A stretch of DNA of 64,000 nucleotides from an uncultured Candidatus Rokubacteria bacterium (GTDB lineage Bacteria > Methylomirabilota > Methylomirabilia > Rokubacteriales > DASRDR01), in assembly GCA_963805625.1 (NCBI GenBank), contig CAWDVE010000019.1:128001-192000 (forward strand). Direction: 5' to 3'. The position numbers and the translations under genes were made by a program. Shown here one piece after another: positions 9,654-19,937 of this stretch. Below the pieces are notes generated by a model. It worked only from the letters and a program-made list of their open reading frames with translations, did no database searches and was not told the origin of the DNA. The first letter of the stretch is position 1. Each line of letters starts with the position of its first letter.

Positions 9654-11639
9654 ATGACCATCGACCGGGTCACCCTCGAGATCCTGCGGAACCACTACCA
9701 GGCCGTCGTCGAGGACATGGCGCGCATCATGGAGCGCACCGCCTACACGACGTTCGTCAAGGAGACGGCGGACTTCTCGACCGGCCTGGTCTCGACCGGC
9801 GGGGAGTACGTGGCCTATCCGTGGAACCTGGGGGCGTCGTCGTACCTCGGCCTCAACATGGCCCAGACGCTCGGCTACTTCGACCACTACGACGAGGGCG
9901 ACATCGTCATCTGCAACGACGCCTACCTGTCGGGGCCGCTGTGCACCCACCTGCCCGACGTCCACATCCTCCGCCCCATCTTCCACGGGGGCCGCATCAT
10001 CTGCTGGGGCTACGCCTTCGTGCACTCCTCCGACATGGGCGGCGCGGTGCCGGCCAGCGTGTGGCCGCGCGCCACCGAGATCTTCCAGGAGGGGCTCCGG
10101 CTCCGGCCCACGAAGCTCTATCGGGGCGGCGTGCTCCAGGAGGACGTCAAGAACCTCATCGGCGACAACTGCCGCATCCCCGACACGAACTGGGGCGACA
10201 TCAAGGCGATGGTGGCGGCGGTGAGCTCGTGCGATCGCCGCGTGCAGGAGATGGTGGAGAAGTTCGGGCTCGCCACGGTCGTGGAGGGGATCGACGCCGT
10301 CCTCGACTATGCGGAGCAGCGGGCGCGGGCGGCGATCCGGAAGATCCCCGACGGGACCTACCGCTTCACGGAGTACATGGAGGACGACCTCCGCTCGGAG
10401 GTGCCGATCCGCCTCCAGGTGAGCCTGACCATCGAGGGGGACTCGATCCATCTCGACTTCACGGGCACGGACCCCCAGGTGGGCTCGGCTCTCAACATCG
10501 CTAGCCACGGTGTGACGCACCCTTTCCTGTGCCAGGCGATCAACGCCTACCTGGTGACGGACGACCCCGGCATCCCCAAGGCCTCCAGCATCCTTCGGCC
10601 GGTGCGCGTGACGGCGCCTCCCGGCACCATCGTGAACGCCCAGTTCCCGGCGCCGATCGGCGTGCGCTACGGGACGGTCCTGCGGGTGTTCGACGCGGTG
10701 CTCGGGGCCTTGGCTCAGGCGCTTCCCGGGCAAGTTCCGGCGGCCCCGGCGGGCGCGATCTCTCCGGTGGTGGCCTCGATCCTCGATCTCCGGACCGGGC
10801 AGCGCCAGGTCCAGGTGGTGGAGCCCATGCTGGGCGGCGGCGGGGGTCGGCCGACCATGGACGGGCTGGGCGGCGCCGATTCGACGTCGGGCTTCCTCAG
10901 GAACACGCCGGTGGAGAGCATCGAGGCCGAGGTGCCGATCGTCATGCGGCGCTACCATCTGATGCCGGACACGGGGGGCGCGGGGGAGCACCGGGGCGGG
11001 CTCGCCGTTCGCCTCGACTTCCAGGTGTTCCACCCGCACGCCATCGTGACGGCGCGGGGGATGGAGCGCTTCCGCCTGGAACCCTGGGGCGTCGCCGGCG
11101 GCCGCGCCGGCACCGCGGGCAGCTGCGTCGTCAACCGCGACACGCCGCGGGCGCGCGACATCGGCAAGGTCGACGTGCTCCACCTCGAGCCCGGTGACGT
11201 GGTGAGCATCTTCTCGCCCAGCGGCGGGGGCCATGGCGACCCGCGCCGGCGGGACCCCGCGCGGGTGCGTGACGACGTGCGGGCCGGCTGTCTGAGCGTG
11301 GAGCGGGCCCGGGAGGCGTACGGCGTGGCGATCGTGGCCGGCGAGGTCGACACGGCGGCGACCGCCCGGCGCCGCGCGACCATGGCGCCGCCTCCGGCCG
11401 GCGAATTCGACTTCGGCGCCCGGCGCGCCGAGATGGAGCGCCGCTGGCCGCCGGCGATCCAGGACGCCGCCGCGCGGGTCCTGGACCGGGTGCCGGCAGC
11501 GGTGCGCGACTGGGGCAAGCACCAGATCTACGATCGGATCCAGGCGATCGCGGCTGAGCGCCCGCCCACGCCGGCCGATGTCGACACGGTCTGGGCCGAC
11601 ATCCGGGCGCGCCTGACGCGCGCGCTCGGCGAGACGTGA
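9654..11639 (+). CDS. hydantoinase B / 5-oxoprolinase family subunit (copy 1)
   Basis: THLPD, HSSDMGGAVPAS, EIFQEG, DFTGT, NTPVESIE, GGGHGDP. Confidence 0.95.
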   Translation: MTIDRVTLEILRNHYQAVVEDMARIMERTAYTTFVKETADFSTGLVSTGGEYVAYPWNLGASSYLGLNMAQTLGYFDHYDEGDIVICNDAYLSGPLCTHLPDVHILRPIFHGGRIICWGYAFVHSSDMGGAVPASVWPRATEIFQEGLRLRPTKLYRGGVLQEDVKNLIGDNCRIPDTNWGDIKAMVAAVSSCDRRVQEMVEKFGLATVVEGIDAVLDYAEQRARAAIRKIPDGTYRFTEYMEDDLRSEVPIRLQVSLTIEGDSIHLDFTGTDPQVGSALNIASHGVTHPFLCQAINAYLVTDDPGIPKASSILRPVRVTAPPGTIVNAQFPAPIGVRYGTVLRVFDAVLGALAQALPGQVPAAPAGAISPVVASILDLRTGQRQVQVVEPMLGGGGGRPTMDGLGGADSTSGFLRNTPVESIEAEVPIVMRRYHLMPDTGGAGEHRGGLAVRLDFQVFHPHAIVTARGMERFRLEPWGVAGGRAGTAGSCVVNRDTPRARDIGKVDVLHLEPGDVVSIFSPSGGGHGDPRRRDPARVRDDVRAGCLSVERAREAYGVAIVAGEVDTAATARRRATMAPPPAGEFDFGARRAEMERRWPPAIQDAAARVLDRVPAAVRDWGKHQIYDRIQAIAAERPPTPADVDTVWADIRARLTRALGET

Positions 11640-11707
11640 CGGGCCAGGTGACCTTCCGCCACCACACGGACGAGGCCAACATTCGCCAAGACTCGGTGGA
11701 GGTGAAC

Positions 11708-12910
11708 ATGAAGACGCGGGCACGCTTCCTCGCGATCCTCGGACTGGCCGTGCTGACACTGACCCTCGGGGCCGCGTCGGCCGGGGCCGACAACCTGCAA
11801 GGGATCAGCGACACCACCATCAAGATCGGCAACATCGGACCGTACACGGGCGATGCCTCGAGCTTCAGCGCGCTGAACTACGGGCCGATGGCGTACTTCC
11901 GGTACGTCAACAGCCAGGGCGGCGTTCACGGCCGGAAGTTCGAGATCGTCACCGCCGACGACGCCTGCAAGGAGACGACCGGCATCGCGGCGGCCAAGAA
12001 GCTCATCTACCAGGACAAGGTGTTCATGCTCCTGGTGCACCCTTGCAGCGGGGTCGCGATGGCGGCCAAGCCGACGGTCGTCGAGGAAGGGCTGCCCTGG
12101 ATCGGGGTCTCGGCCAACCCGAAGCTGACGACGCCGACCGTCCCCAACATGTTCCACGTCACGTACACCGGCATCTACTCGGGCCGGGCCATGGCCCGGT
12201 TCGCGCTGTCCAAGCCCAACGCCAAGAAGGTCGTCCTGGTCGCCCACACCAACGACTGGGCCAAGGGCTATTGCGACCCCGCCACGGAGTTCATGAAGGA
12301 GCAGGGCGTCGAGCCCCTGATGAACCTGGCCCTCGAGCGGGGCTCGACCGACGCGACCGCCCAGTCGCTCCGGATCAAGACCGCCAACGCGGACTTCGTC
12401 CTCGGCTGTCTCTACGAGGCGGAGCTGGCGATCCTCCTGCGGGACCTCCACAAGTACGGGGCCACGGTGCCGGTCATCGGCGCGCTGGGGGCCGACTTCG
12501 AGAGCACCCACAAGCGCGTGAACAACCCGGCCGCGGTGAAGAACTTTTACCTGCCGTACCAGTTCAAGGCCCCGATGGGCAGCCCGGAGATGAAGAAGTG
12601 GGAAGAGATGTTCGTGAAGTACCTGGAGAAGAGCGAGCTGCCCGAGAACGGGATCCCGACCAACTTCTACTACTTCGGGCTGCCGACCGCCATCGCCACC
12701 GTCGAGGCGTTCAAGCGGGCCGGCCCCCAGCCGTCGCGCGAGAAGTTCATCGCGGCGATGGAGACCCTGAAGGACTTCGACACCGGCGTGCTGGCGGACA
12801 AGGTGACGATCACCCGCGAGAACCACGTCGGCGTCCAGAACATGTACGCGGTCGGCCTGAACGAGCAGGGCAAGCAGACGGTGTTCTCGGCCTGGGGGAA
12901 GCCGCAGTAG
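11708..12910 (+). CDS. branched-chain amino acid-type ABC substrate-binding protein
   Basis: signal peptide, GISDTTIKIG, NSQGGVHGRK, DDAC; followed by livHMGF-like genes. Confidence 0.9.
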   Translation: MKTRARFLAILGLAVLTLTLGAASAGADNLQGISDTTIKIGNIGPYTGDASSFSALNYGPMAYFRYVNSQGGVHGRKFEIVTADDACKETTGIAAAKKLIYQDKVFMLLVHPCSGVAMAAKPTVVEEGLPWIGVSANPKLTTPTVPNMFHVTYTGIYSGRAMARFALSKPNAKKVVLVAHTNDWAKGYCDPATEFMKEQGVEPLMNLALERGSTDATAQSLRIKTANADFVLGCLYEAELAILLRDLHKYGATVPVIGALGADFESTHKRVNNPAAVKNFYLPYQFKAPMGSPEMKKWEEMFVKYLEKSELPENGIPTNFYYFGLPTAIATVEAFKRAGPQPSREKFIAAMETLKDFDTGVLADKVTITRENHVGVQNMYAVGLNEQGKQTVFSAWGKPQ

Positions 12911-12948
12911 CGAGCGGATCGCGGCAAGGCTGACACCCGGCGATCGCC

Positions 12949-13818
12949 GTGCTGCCGCAGCTCGTCGTGAGCGGCCTCGCCCAGGGGGTGGTCTACGCCC
13001 TCGTCGCACTGTCCATGACCATGGTCTACCGGGCCACGACGGTCGTGAACTTCGGCCACGGAGACCTGGTCATGGGCGGCGCGTTCGTCGTCTACGTGCT
13101 CGTCGTCTACGCGCGCCTGCCGTACCTCCTCGGCGGCCTCCTGGCGCTCGCGATCCTGTTCGGCCTGGGCATGGCGCTCCACCAGGGGCTCATGCGGCGA
13201 ATCATGTCCGGCCCCCACCTCGCGATCGCCATGATGGCGCTCGCGGTGGGATACGCCCTCCGCGGCGGGGCGCGGATGCTATGGGGCAGGGAGGTGCTGC
13301 CGTTCCCGCGGATCTTCCCGGACCACGCGTGGGCCTTCGGGGACGTCGTGGTGACCAGCGACAACCTGATCGTCTCCGGCACGGTGCTCGGTCTCATGGC
13401 CGTGCTCTTCGTGCTGTTCAACGTCACGCGCACCGGGCGCCTGCTCCGGGCCGTCTTCCAGAGCCAGCGGGGCGCCGCGCTGGTCGGGCTGAACGTCGAC
13501 GCCGTGCACCGCCTCATGTGGGGCGCCGGGGCCGCCCTGGCGGCGCTCGGGGGCGTGCTGCTCGCGCCGATCACGCTTCTCTACCCCGACATGGGGGTGT
13601 GGGTGCTGGTCCGGGGATTCGCGGCCATGACGCTCGGGGGCTTCGGCACGCTCCACGGCGCCGTGCTGGGTGGGCTGGTCCTGGGCGTGGTGGAGCTGGT
13701 GCTCGGCGCATACGTGTCGACCGCGTTCATCGACATCTCGGCCTACGTGGTCGTGATTGCCGTCCTCCTGCTTCGTCCAGACGGGCTGTTCGGCCGGCAG
13801 GTGGTCGTCCGGGTCTGA
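12949..13818 (+). CDS. LivH-like ABC permease
   Basis: YALVALSMTMVY, VVNFGHGD, LGGFG, RPDGLFG. Confidence 0.92.
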   Translation: MLPQLVVSGLAQGVVYALVALSMTMVYRATTVVNFGHGDLVMGGAFVVYVLVVYARLPYLLGGLLALAILFGLGMALHQGLMRRIMSGPHLAIAMMALAVGYALRGGARMLWGREVLPFPRIFPDHAWAFGDVVVTSDNLIVSGTVLGLMAVLFVLFNVTRTGRLLRAVFQSQRGAALVGLNVDAVHRLMWGAGAALAALGGVLLAPITLLYPDMGVWVLVRGFAAMTLGGFGTLHGAVLGGLVLGVVELVLGAYVSTAFIDISAYVVVIAVLLLRPDGLFGRQVVVRV

Positions 13819-13825
13819 CCGGCGG

Positions 13826-14809
13826 ATGCCCGGCGCGGCGCCCGCTTCGCTCGTGACGCGCCCGGCTCTCGGGCGCTGGATCTTCCTGCTCGTCCCTCTG
13901 CTCGTCCTGCCCGTTCCGTTCCTCGTGAACCGCTACATCCAGTACGTCCTCAACCTGATCCTCGTGTACGTCTTCGTCGGCGTCGGCTTCAACATCGTCA
14001 TTGGCAACCTCGGGCAGCTGGCCTTCGCGAACGTCGCGCTCTTCGGCCTGGGCGCGTATGCGTCCGGCATCCTCGTCGTCCACGCGGGCTGGCCGTGGTG
14101 GACCACCGTCCTCCCCGCGGGGCTGGTCGGCGCCCTCGCCGGCGCCCTGGCCAGCTTGCCCGCCCTCCGCCGGATCCGGCTCTTCTACCTGGCGATCATG
14201 ACGATGGCATTCGGGGAGCTGATGCGGTGGATCTACATCCGGGCCGAGCCCTTGACCAACGGCTCGATGGGCCTGGCGGTGCCGCCCCCGGTGCTGCTCG
14301 GCGTGCGCCTGGCGAGCGACCGCAGCAAGTTCTACGTGTTCCTCGCGCTGACGGTGCTCGTCGTCGCGCTCACCTCGAGCCTGCTCCGCTCGCGGTTCGG
14401 CCGGGCGTTCATGGCGATCCGGGACAACGAGCTCGCGGCGGCGGCGGTGGGGATCCCGACCGACCGCTACTTCGTCCTCGCGTTCGCCTGGAGCGGGTTC
14501 GTGGTCGGCCTGGGGGGCGCTATGTACACGGCGCTGGTTGGCCACGTCACGCCGGAGGCGTTCAACCTGCTCGAGCTGATCCTCCACTTCGCCGTGGTGA
14601 TGGTCGGCGGGCTGGCCAGCCTGGCCGGCTCGGTGATCGGCGCCGTCGTGCTCACCACGACGCCCGAGCTGTTCCGGAGCTTCCCCGGGATCCAGGAGCT
14701 GGTGCTCGCGCTCTTGATCATCGTCGTCCTCCTGTGCCTGCCCCGCGGGCTCGTGAGCCTGCTCGCCCGGCGCCTGCCGCTGTTCCGCGAGCGGTACTAC
14801 CGGGAGTAG
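13826..14809 (+). CDS. LivM-like ABC permease
   Basis: GQLAFAN, GLGAY, FGRAFMAIRDNELAA, VGGLAS, PRGL. Confidence 0.92.
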   Translation: MPGAAPASLVTRPALGRWIFLLVPLLVLPVPFLVNRYIQYVLNLILVYVFVGVGFNIVIGNLGQLAFANVALFGLGAYASGILVVHAGWPWWTTVLPAGLVGALAGALASLPALRRIRLFYLAIMTMAFGELMRWIYIRAEPLTNGSMGLAVPPPVLLGVRLASDRSKFYVFLALTVLVVALTSSLLRSRFGRAFMAIRDNELAAAAVGIPTDRYFVLAFAWSGFVVGLGGAMYTALVGHVTPEAFNLLELILHFAVVMVGGLASLAGSVIGAVVLTTTPELFRSFPGIQELVLALLIIVVLLCLPRGLVSLLARRLPLFRERYYRE

Positions 14810-14811
14810 CG

Positions 14812-15570
14812 GTGGCGCTCCTCGATCTGGCCGGCATCACCGTGCGCTACGGCGGGCTCACCGCGGTCGCGGGGGTCTCGTTCCGCGTCGAGCCCGGCGA
14901 GGTGCGGGCCATCATCGGGCCGAACGGCGCCGGCAAGACGTCGCTGTTCAATGCGGTGACCGGGCACGCGCCGCTGAGCGCGGGGGCGATCAGCTTTCGG
15001 GGCGTCCGGATCGACGGCCTGGCCCCGCACGTGGTGTCGACGAAGGGCGTTCGCCGGACGTTCCAGAACGGGGGACTCTTCGGCGAGCTGACCGCGCTGG
15101 AGAACGTGCTGGCCGGCCTTCACACGGAGGTGCCAAGCAGCTTCTTCGGCGTCCTGTTCGGGCTGCCGGCGGCGCGGGCGGTCGAGCGGGCGGCCACCGC
15201 CCGGGCCCGCCAGCTGCTCGACCTGATGGGCATCGGGCACCTCGCGGACCAGCCGGCCCGGGACCTGTCGGGCGGCCAGCAGCGGATGGTCGAGATCGTG
15301 CGCGCGCTGGCGACGCGCCCGCCGCTGCTTCTCCTCGACGAGCCGGCGGTCGGGCTGGCGCCGGCCGTGCGCGAGCATCTGCTCGGCGTCATCCGCCGGC
15401 TCGTGCGCGAGGAGGGGATCGCGGTCATCGTGATCGAGCATGCCATCGAGTTCGTGATGAGCGTGTCGGATTCGATCGTGGTCCTCAACGAGGGCAAGGT
15501 CATCGCCGAGGGGACCCCGTCGGAGGTGCGGAAGAACCGCGAGGTGCTGGAGGCCTATCTTGGGCACTAG
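14812..15570 (+). CDS. LivG-like ABC ATPase
   Basis: Walker A GPNGAGKT, LSGGQQ, LLLDEP, EAYLG; GTG start inside the long ORF 14095..15570. Confidence 0.92.
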   Translation: MALLDLAGITVRYGGLTAVAGVSFRVEPGEVRAIIGPNGAGKTSLFNAVTGHAPLSAGAISFRGVRIDGLAPHVVSTKGVRRTFQNGGLFGELTALENVLAGLHTEVPSSFFGVLFGLPAARAVERAATARARQLLDLMGIGHLADQPARDLSGGQQRMVEIVRALATRPPLLLLDEPAVGLAPAVREHLLGVIRRLVREEGIAVIVIEHAIEFVMSVSDSIVVLNEGKVIAEGTPSEVRKNREVLEAYLGH

Positions 15571-15577
15571 TGGGGCC

Positions 15578-16339
15578 ATGAGCGGGGCCACGGGCGGAGA
15601 CAACGAGGCGTGGGCTGACCGGGCCACGAGCGATGAGCGGCCGGTCTTGGCCGTCGAGGGCCTGGTGGCCGGCTACGGGCCCATCCGGGTCCTGCGGGGT
15701 GTGGACTTCCTGGTGCGCCGGGGCGAGGTCGTCGCCCTGCTCGGGGCGAACGGGAGCGGCAAATCGACCGCACTCAACACGATCAGCGGCTTCATCCGGC
15801 CGATGGCGGGCCGGATCCGGCTAGACGGCCAGGAGATTGCGGGCCGCCAGCCTCACTGGACCTTCCGGCGCGGTATCGTGCAGGTGTCCCAGGGCCGGGA
15901 TCTATTTCCCGACATGTCGGTCGAAGACAACCTCACGCTCGGGGCCGCGGTGCGTGGCGACGTCCAGACGGGCCTCCCGCGGACCTACGAGCTGTTCCCA
16001 CGCCTGGCGGCCCGCCAGCGCCAGAGCGTGCGCTCGCTGTCCGGAGGCGAGCAGCAGATGGTGGCGATCGGCCGGGCGCTGATGAGCGACCCGCGGCTCC
16101 TGCTCCTCGACGAGCCGTCGGGTGGCCTCGCCCCGGTGTTCGTCGCGGAGATCGGGCGCATCGTCGAGCGCCTCAAGGCGGCCGGGACGACGGTGCTGAT
16201 GGTCGAGCAGAACGTCCGGCTGGCCTTCGCCGTCGCGGACCGGTTCGTCGCGCTCCGCGACGGCGTGGTGCTGGCTCACGGGCCGGTGAGCGACCTCCGC
16301 GGCGCGTACGAGGACCTCGTGCGCCGCATCTACCTGTAG
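15578..16339 (+). CDS. LivF-like ABC ATPase
   Basis: GANGSGKS, LFPRL, LSGGEQQM, LLLDEPS, VEQN. Confidence 0.92.
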   Translation: MSGATGGDNEAWADRATSDERPVLAVEGLVAGYGPIRVLRGVDFLVRRGEVVALLGANGSGKSTALNTISGFIRPMAGRIRLDGQEIAGRQPHWTFRRGIVQVSQGRDLFPDMSVEDNLTLGAAVRGDVQTGLPRTYELFPRLAARQRQSVRSLSGGEQQMVAIGRALMSDPRLLLLDEPSGGLAPVFVAEIGRIVERLKAAGTTVLMVEQNVRLAFAVADRFVALRDGVVLAHGPVSDLRGAYEDLVRRIYL

Positions 16340-16354
16340 CGAGGCGTGCGACCG

Positions 16355-16882
16355 ATGCCCTCGAGTTCCGAGGCCGACAACGAGTACCGTGTGCGCCCGG
16401 CCACGCTGGACGACATCCCGGTCCTCGCGTACCAGCGATGCGCGATGTTCGTGGCGACGGGGGCGATCGATCGCGAGGCCACCGCGGAGCTCGATGCGGC
16501 CGAGCGCCGGTATCTCGCCCAGGCTATGCCCGCCGGCACCTTCGTGGCCTGGCTGGTGGAGCACGGGGGCCGGATCGTAGCGGGCGGGGGTCTCCAGATC
16601 CGCACGCTCCAGCCGAGGCCGGGGTTCGTGCGGGGGGAGCCCGAAGGGCTCGTGGTGAGCATGTGGACCGAGCCGTCGCATCGCAGGCAGGGCCTGGGGA
16701 ACCGGGTCATGGACGCCATCCTCCAGTGGTGTCGGACCCGCCGGGTCCGGCGGCTGACGCTTCACGCGTCTCCCGAGGGGCGGCCGCTGTACGAGCGCTT
16801 CGGCTTCCGGCCGACAAACGAGATGCGCCTGGAGCTTGACCTGAGCGACGCGCTCGGCGGCGAGACGAGGCGCCAGCCATGA
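16355..16882 (+). CDS. GNAT family N-acetyltransferase
   Basis: motif A HRRQGLG and LHASPEGRPLYERFGF. Confidence 0.9.
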   Translation: MPSSSEADNEYRVRPATLDDIPVLAYQRCAMFVATGAIDREATAELDAAERRYLAQAMPAGTFVAWLVEHGGRIVAGGGLQIRTLQPRPGFVRGEPEGLVVSMWTEPSHRRQGLGNRVMDAILQWCRTRRVRRLTLHASPEGRPLYERFGFRPTNEMRLELDLSDALGGETRRQP

Positions 16883-16949
16883 GCCCGCGACGGTCGATCG
16901 GTCATCGCCCGATGTCTCACCCGTGGCGAGGGACGGGAGGTCCGGATCT

Positions 16950-18899
16950 ATGTTCGAGCACCTGCTGAGTCCGCTCAGGGTTGGCCGGCTCACGCTGCGC
17001 AGCCGCGTCCTCATCACCGCGCACGCGACGAACTTCGTCGACGCCGACGGGCTGCCCGACGCGCGGGCCGTCCACTACTACGCCGAGCGCGCGAGGGGCG
17101 GCGTCGGGCTCATGGTAACCGGCGCCTCCAGCGTTCACCCCTCGAGCCCGCGCGTGCGCGGCGTGGTCAACGCCCACGATCCCCGGGCCGGCCAGGCCTG
17201 GCGCGCGATCGCCGATGCGGTGCACGCCCAGCAGGGCCGCATCCTGGTCATGTTGACCCACATGGGGCGCGTGGGCCGGATGCCCGATATGCGGCCGCTG
17301 GTGGCACCGTCGCCGCTGATCGACGGGAACTTCCACCAGGCGGTGCCGCACGCCCTGGACACGCGGGAGATCGCCGAGATCGTCGCCGCCTTCGCCGAGG
17401 CCGCCGCGCGCGTGCGCGCCAGCGGGATGGACGGCGTCGAGCTGCAGGGCGCCCATGGATATCTCATCGCCCAGTTCCTCTCACCGCTCTCGAACCGCCG
17501 GACCGACGGTTACGGCGGCGACTTCGCCGGACGGTTACGCTTCGGCCTGGAGGTCGTGGACGCCGTGCGCCGGGCGGTCGGCCGCGACTACACGCTCGGA
17601 ATCCGGCTCTCCGCCGACGAGCTGGTCCCCGGGGGCATCGCGCTGGAGGAGTCACAGGAGGTCGTGCGGCGGCTCACCGCGACCGGCCACCTCGACTTCA
17701 TCGACATCAGCGCCGGGACGGACTCGGACCTGATGAGCCTGGCCGAGCACATCCCGTCCATGTACTTCCCGCCCGCCAACCTGGTCCACTTCGCGGCGGC
17801 GATCAAGCCGGTGACGCGGCTCCCGGTCTTCTGTGCGGGGGCGATCCGCGATCCCGCCGTCGCCGAGGGAATCGTCGCGAGTGGCCAGGCCGACATGGTG
17901 GGCATGACCCGGGCGCACATCGCGGACCCCCACGTGGTGCGAAAGCTCCGTGAGGGACGGGCCGAGGACATCCGCCGGTGCATCGGCTGCATGCAGGCGT
18001 GCCTCGAGGCGCTGGCCAACGGCCTGCCGATCGGGTGCGTGTACAACCCGGTCACGGGGCGCGAAGGGGAGTGGGCTACGCTCGAGCCGGCCCCGCGGCA
18101 GCGGCGCGTGGTGGTCGTGGGCGGCGGCCCGGCGGGCCTGGAGGCGGCGCGGGTCGCCGCGCTCCGTGGCCACCGCGTGGTGCTCCTCGAGGCGTCGGCG
18201 CGGCTCGGCGGCCAGCTTCACCTGGCGGCGAGGCTCCCGAAACGCGAGAACTTCCTGGAGATCGTCAGCTTCCTCTCGCGGCAGACTGCAAAGCTCGGCG
18301 TCGAGGTGAGGCTCGGCTGTCGCGCCGATGTCGACATGGTCCGGGCGGAGCGTCCTGATACGGTCGTGGTGGCGACCGGAAGCCGTCCCACGATCCCGGA
18401 CGGGCTGTCCGGCGTGCCGGGGTCGCTCGTTCATGTGGCGGACGTTGTGAGCGGCGAGGCCCGCGTGGGCGACCGCGTCCTGGTCGTGGATCAGGACGGC
18501 CACCTGCGAGGGTCGGGGGTGGCTGACCTCCTCGCTGGCCAGGGTCGCCGGGTCTCCATCGTGAGCGAGCAGCTCTACGTGGGGCTGGGCATCGACCTGA
18601 AGACGCTCTACCCCTTGCAGCGCCGACTGCGCGAGCAGGGTGTCGAGATGCTGCCGTCGACCCGGTTCGTCGGCTGGGACGCCGGGCGCCCGCTGGTCGC
18701 CGACGTCTTTACCGGGGCCGAGCGGACGCTGGCCGACGTCGATACGGTGGTCTGGGCCGCCGCGGGCCGCGTGGTCGCCGAGCTCGTCGAGCCGCTTCGC
18801 TTGGCCGGGCTCCCGGTCCACGCGGTCGGTGACTGCGTCGCGCCCCGGCGAGTCGAGCACGCCGTCCACGAGGCCCACGCGGTCGCCCGCGCGCTCTAG
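16950..18899 (+). CDS. NADH:flavin oxidoreductase (OYE/FadH-like, FMN + 4Fe-4S + FAD)
   Basis: YYAERARGG, GAHGYLIAQF, NRRTDGYGG, CIGCMQAC...C cluster motif, GGGPAG. Confidence 0.93.
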   Translation: MFEHLLSPLRVGRLTLRSRVLITAHATNFVDADGLPDARAVHYYAERARGGVGLMVTGASSVHPSSPRVRGVVNAHDPRAGQAWRAIADAVHAQQGRILVMLTHMGRVGRMPDMRPLVAPSPLIDGNFHQAVPHALDTREIAEIVAAFAEAAARVRASGMDGVELQGAHGYLIAQFLSPLSNRRTDGYGGDFAGRLRFGLEVVDAVRRAVGRDYTLGIRLSADELVPGGIALEESQEVVRRLTATGHLDFIDISAGTDSDLMSLAEHIPSMYFPPANLVHFAAAIKPVTRLPVFCAGAIRDPAVAEGIVASGQADMVGMTRAHIADPHVVRKLREGRAEDIRRCIGCMQACLEALANGLPIGCVYNPVTGREGEWATLEPAPRQRRVVVVGGGPAGLEAARVAALRGHRVVLLEASARLGGQLHLAARLPKRENFLEIVSFLSRQTAKLGVEVRLGCRADVDMVRAERPDTVVVATGSRPTIPDGLSGVPGSLVHVADVVSGEARVGDRVLVVDQDGHLRGSGVADLLAGQGRRVSIVSEQLYVGLGIDLKTLYPLQRRLREQGVEMLPSTRFVGWDAGRPLVADVFTGAERTLADVDTVVWAAAGRVVAELVEPLRLAGLPVHAVGDCVAPRRVEHAVHEAHAVARAL

Positions 18900-19028
18900 C
18901 GACGGACCCTTGTCCACGCTGTCGTTCTACCTGGTGCTCGGTAGGAGCGTGAGACACCGGGCCTGACGCCTCGGCCGAGTCCGGGGCGAACATGAGACTC
19001 CGGCTGGGCTGAGGGGAGAGAGACGGTT

Positions 19029-19721
19029 CTACGCGTGGCGCTCGTGAGCCGCTCGCTCCACGTCCTCGCGGACGAGCAGGCCGATCAGCTCTCCGGCCGA
19101 GGTCGTCACGGGCGCGTTCGGGAGATCGTGCTGGGCCATGTGCTCCGCGATCTCGGCGATGGCAACGTTCGGTCGGAAGGTGCTCGGTCCGGGGCGCATG
19201 GCGGACTCGGCCGTGAGGTCTCCTTCCCGGCCAAGCTGCTCGGCGCGGAGAAGCCCCATGACGATCCGCGCCTCGTTGACCACGACGCAGGCGTCCCACC
19301 CCACCGCTCGGGCGCGCTCCCGCACGTCCCGGAGGGATTCTTCGAGATGGCACATCGGCACGTCCCGGCGCGCGATCGTCCCCGCGGTGGGCCGGCCTGA
19401 CGCCTCGCCCTCGGTGGGGAGTCCGGCTGCCATCCAGTCCGACTTGCCCGCCGGGTAGTCGTACACGTCGAGGAACCCGAGGCTCTCGAGCCGCCACGCG
19501 GCTCGTGGACTCAGGTCTCAGGCGGAGTCCCAGCAGTAGACGACGACCGGGCGGTCGGGATCCAGGGCAGCCCTGGCCTCCGCGTCGATCTTCCTAAGGG
19601 GGAGGTGGATCGCGCCCGGAAGATGCCGCTCGTCGAACGCTTCCCTGGGCAGCACCTCGACGAGTTGCGCACCCTCCGCCACCAGCCGCCGCACGTCCTC
19701 GCGTCCGATATGGGTCGGCAT
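19029..19721 (-). CDS. rhodanese-CBS domain protein with in-frame UGA (probable selenocysteine), 230 aa
   Basis: ORFs 19518..19721 and 19029..19466 share a frame; reading through TGA 19520-19518 gives YCWDSA-U-DLSPRAAWRLESLGF...AGKSDW, which completes the rhodanese fold (HLPGA, G.W.AAGLP), followed by a CBS pair. Confidence 0.85.
19474..19517 (-). promoter_or_regulatory. bacterial SECIS-like stem-loop directly 3' of the UGA
   Basis: lower stem GACCUGAG/CUCGGGUU, internal loop, upper stem CGAGCCGC/GCGGCUCG starting 12 nt after the UGA, apical loop GUG. Confidence 0.75.
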
Positions 19722-19937
19722 GTCTCTTCCTCCAGGTCGCCCGTTCCCCTCAAGCGGTACCGCACCTTCCGGTCGAACCCGGGCGCTCGGTCACGGGAGC
19801 CCTCGTCCGTTCGTCGCGATCGCACGCAGCTCATCGGCGAGACCCGTCAGCTGCGCCCCGGCGGTCATCCACTGCTATCATAGCGCCGGCGTCCGGACCT
19901 CCCCACCGGCGTGCCGGCACATCGAGGAGGCGCGAGC

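Noticed and set aside
7512-11759. 1415-aa minus-strand ORF and other long antisense ORFs (1005..3233, 19878..21806, 56127..58205)
   Set aside because: These are shadow frames of real high-GC genes on the opposite strand and carry no motifs
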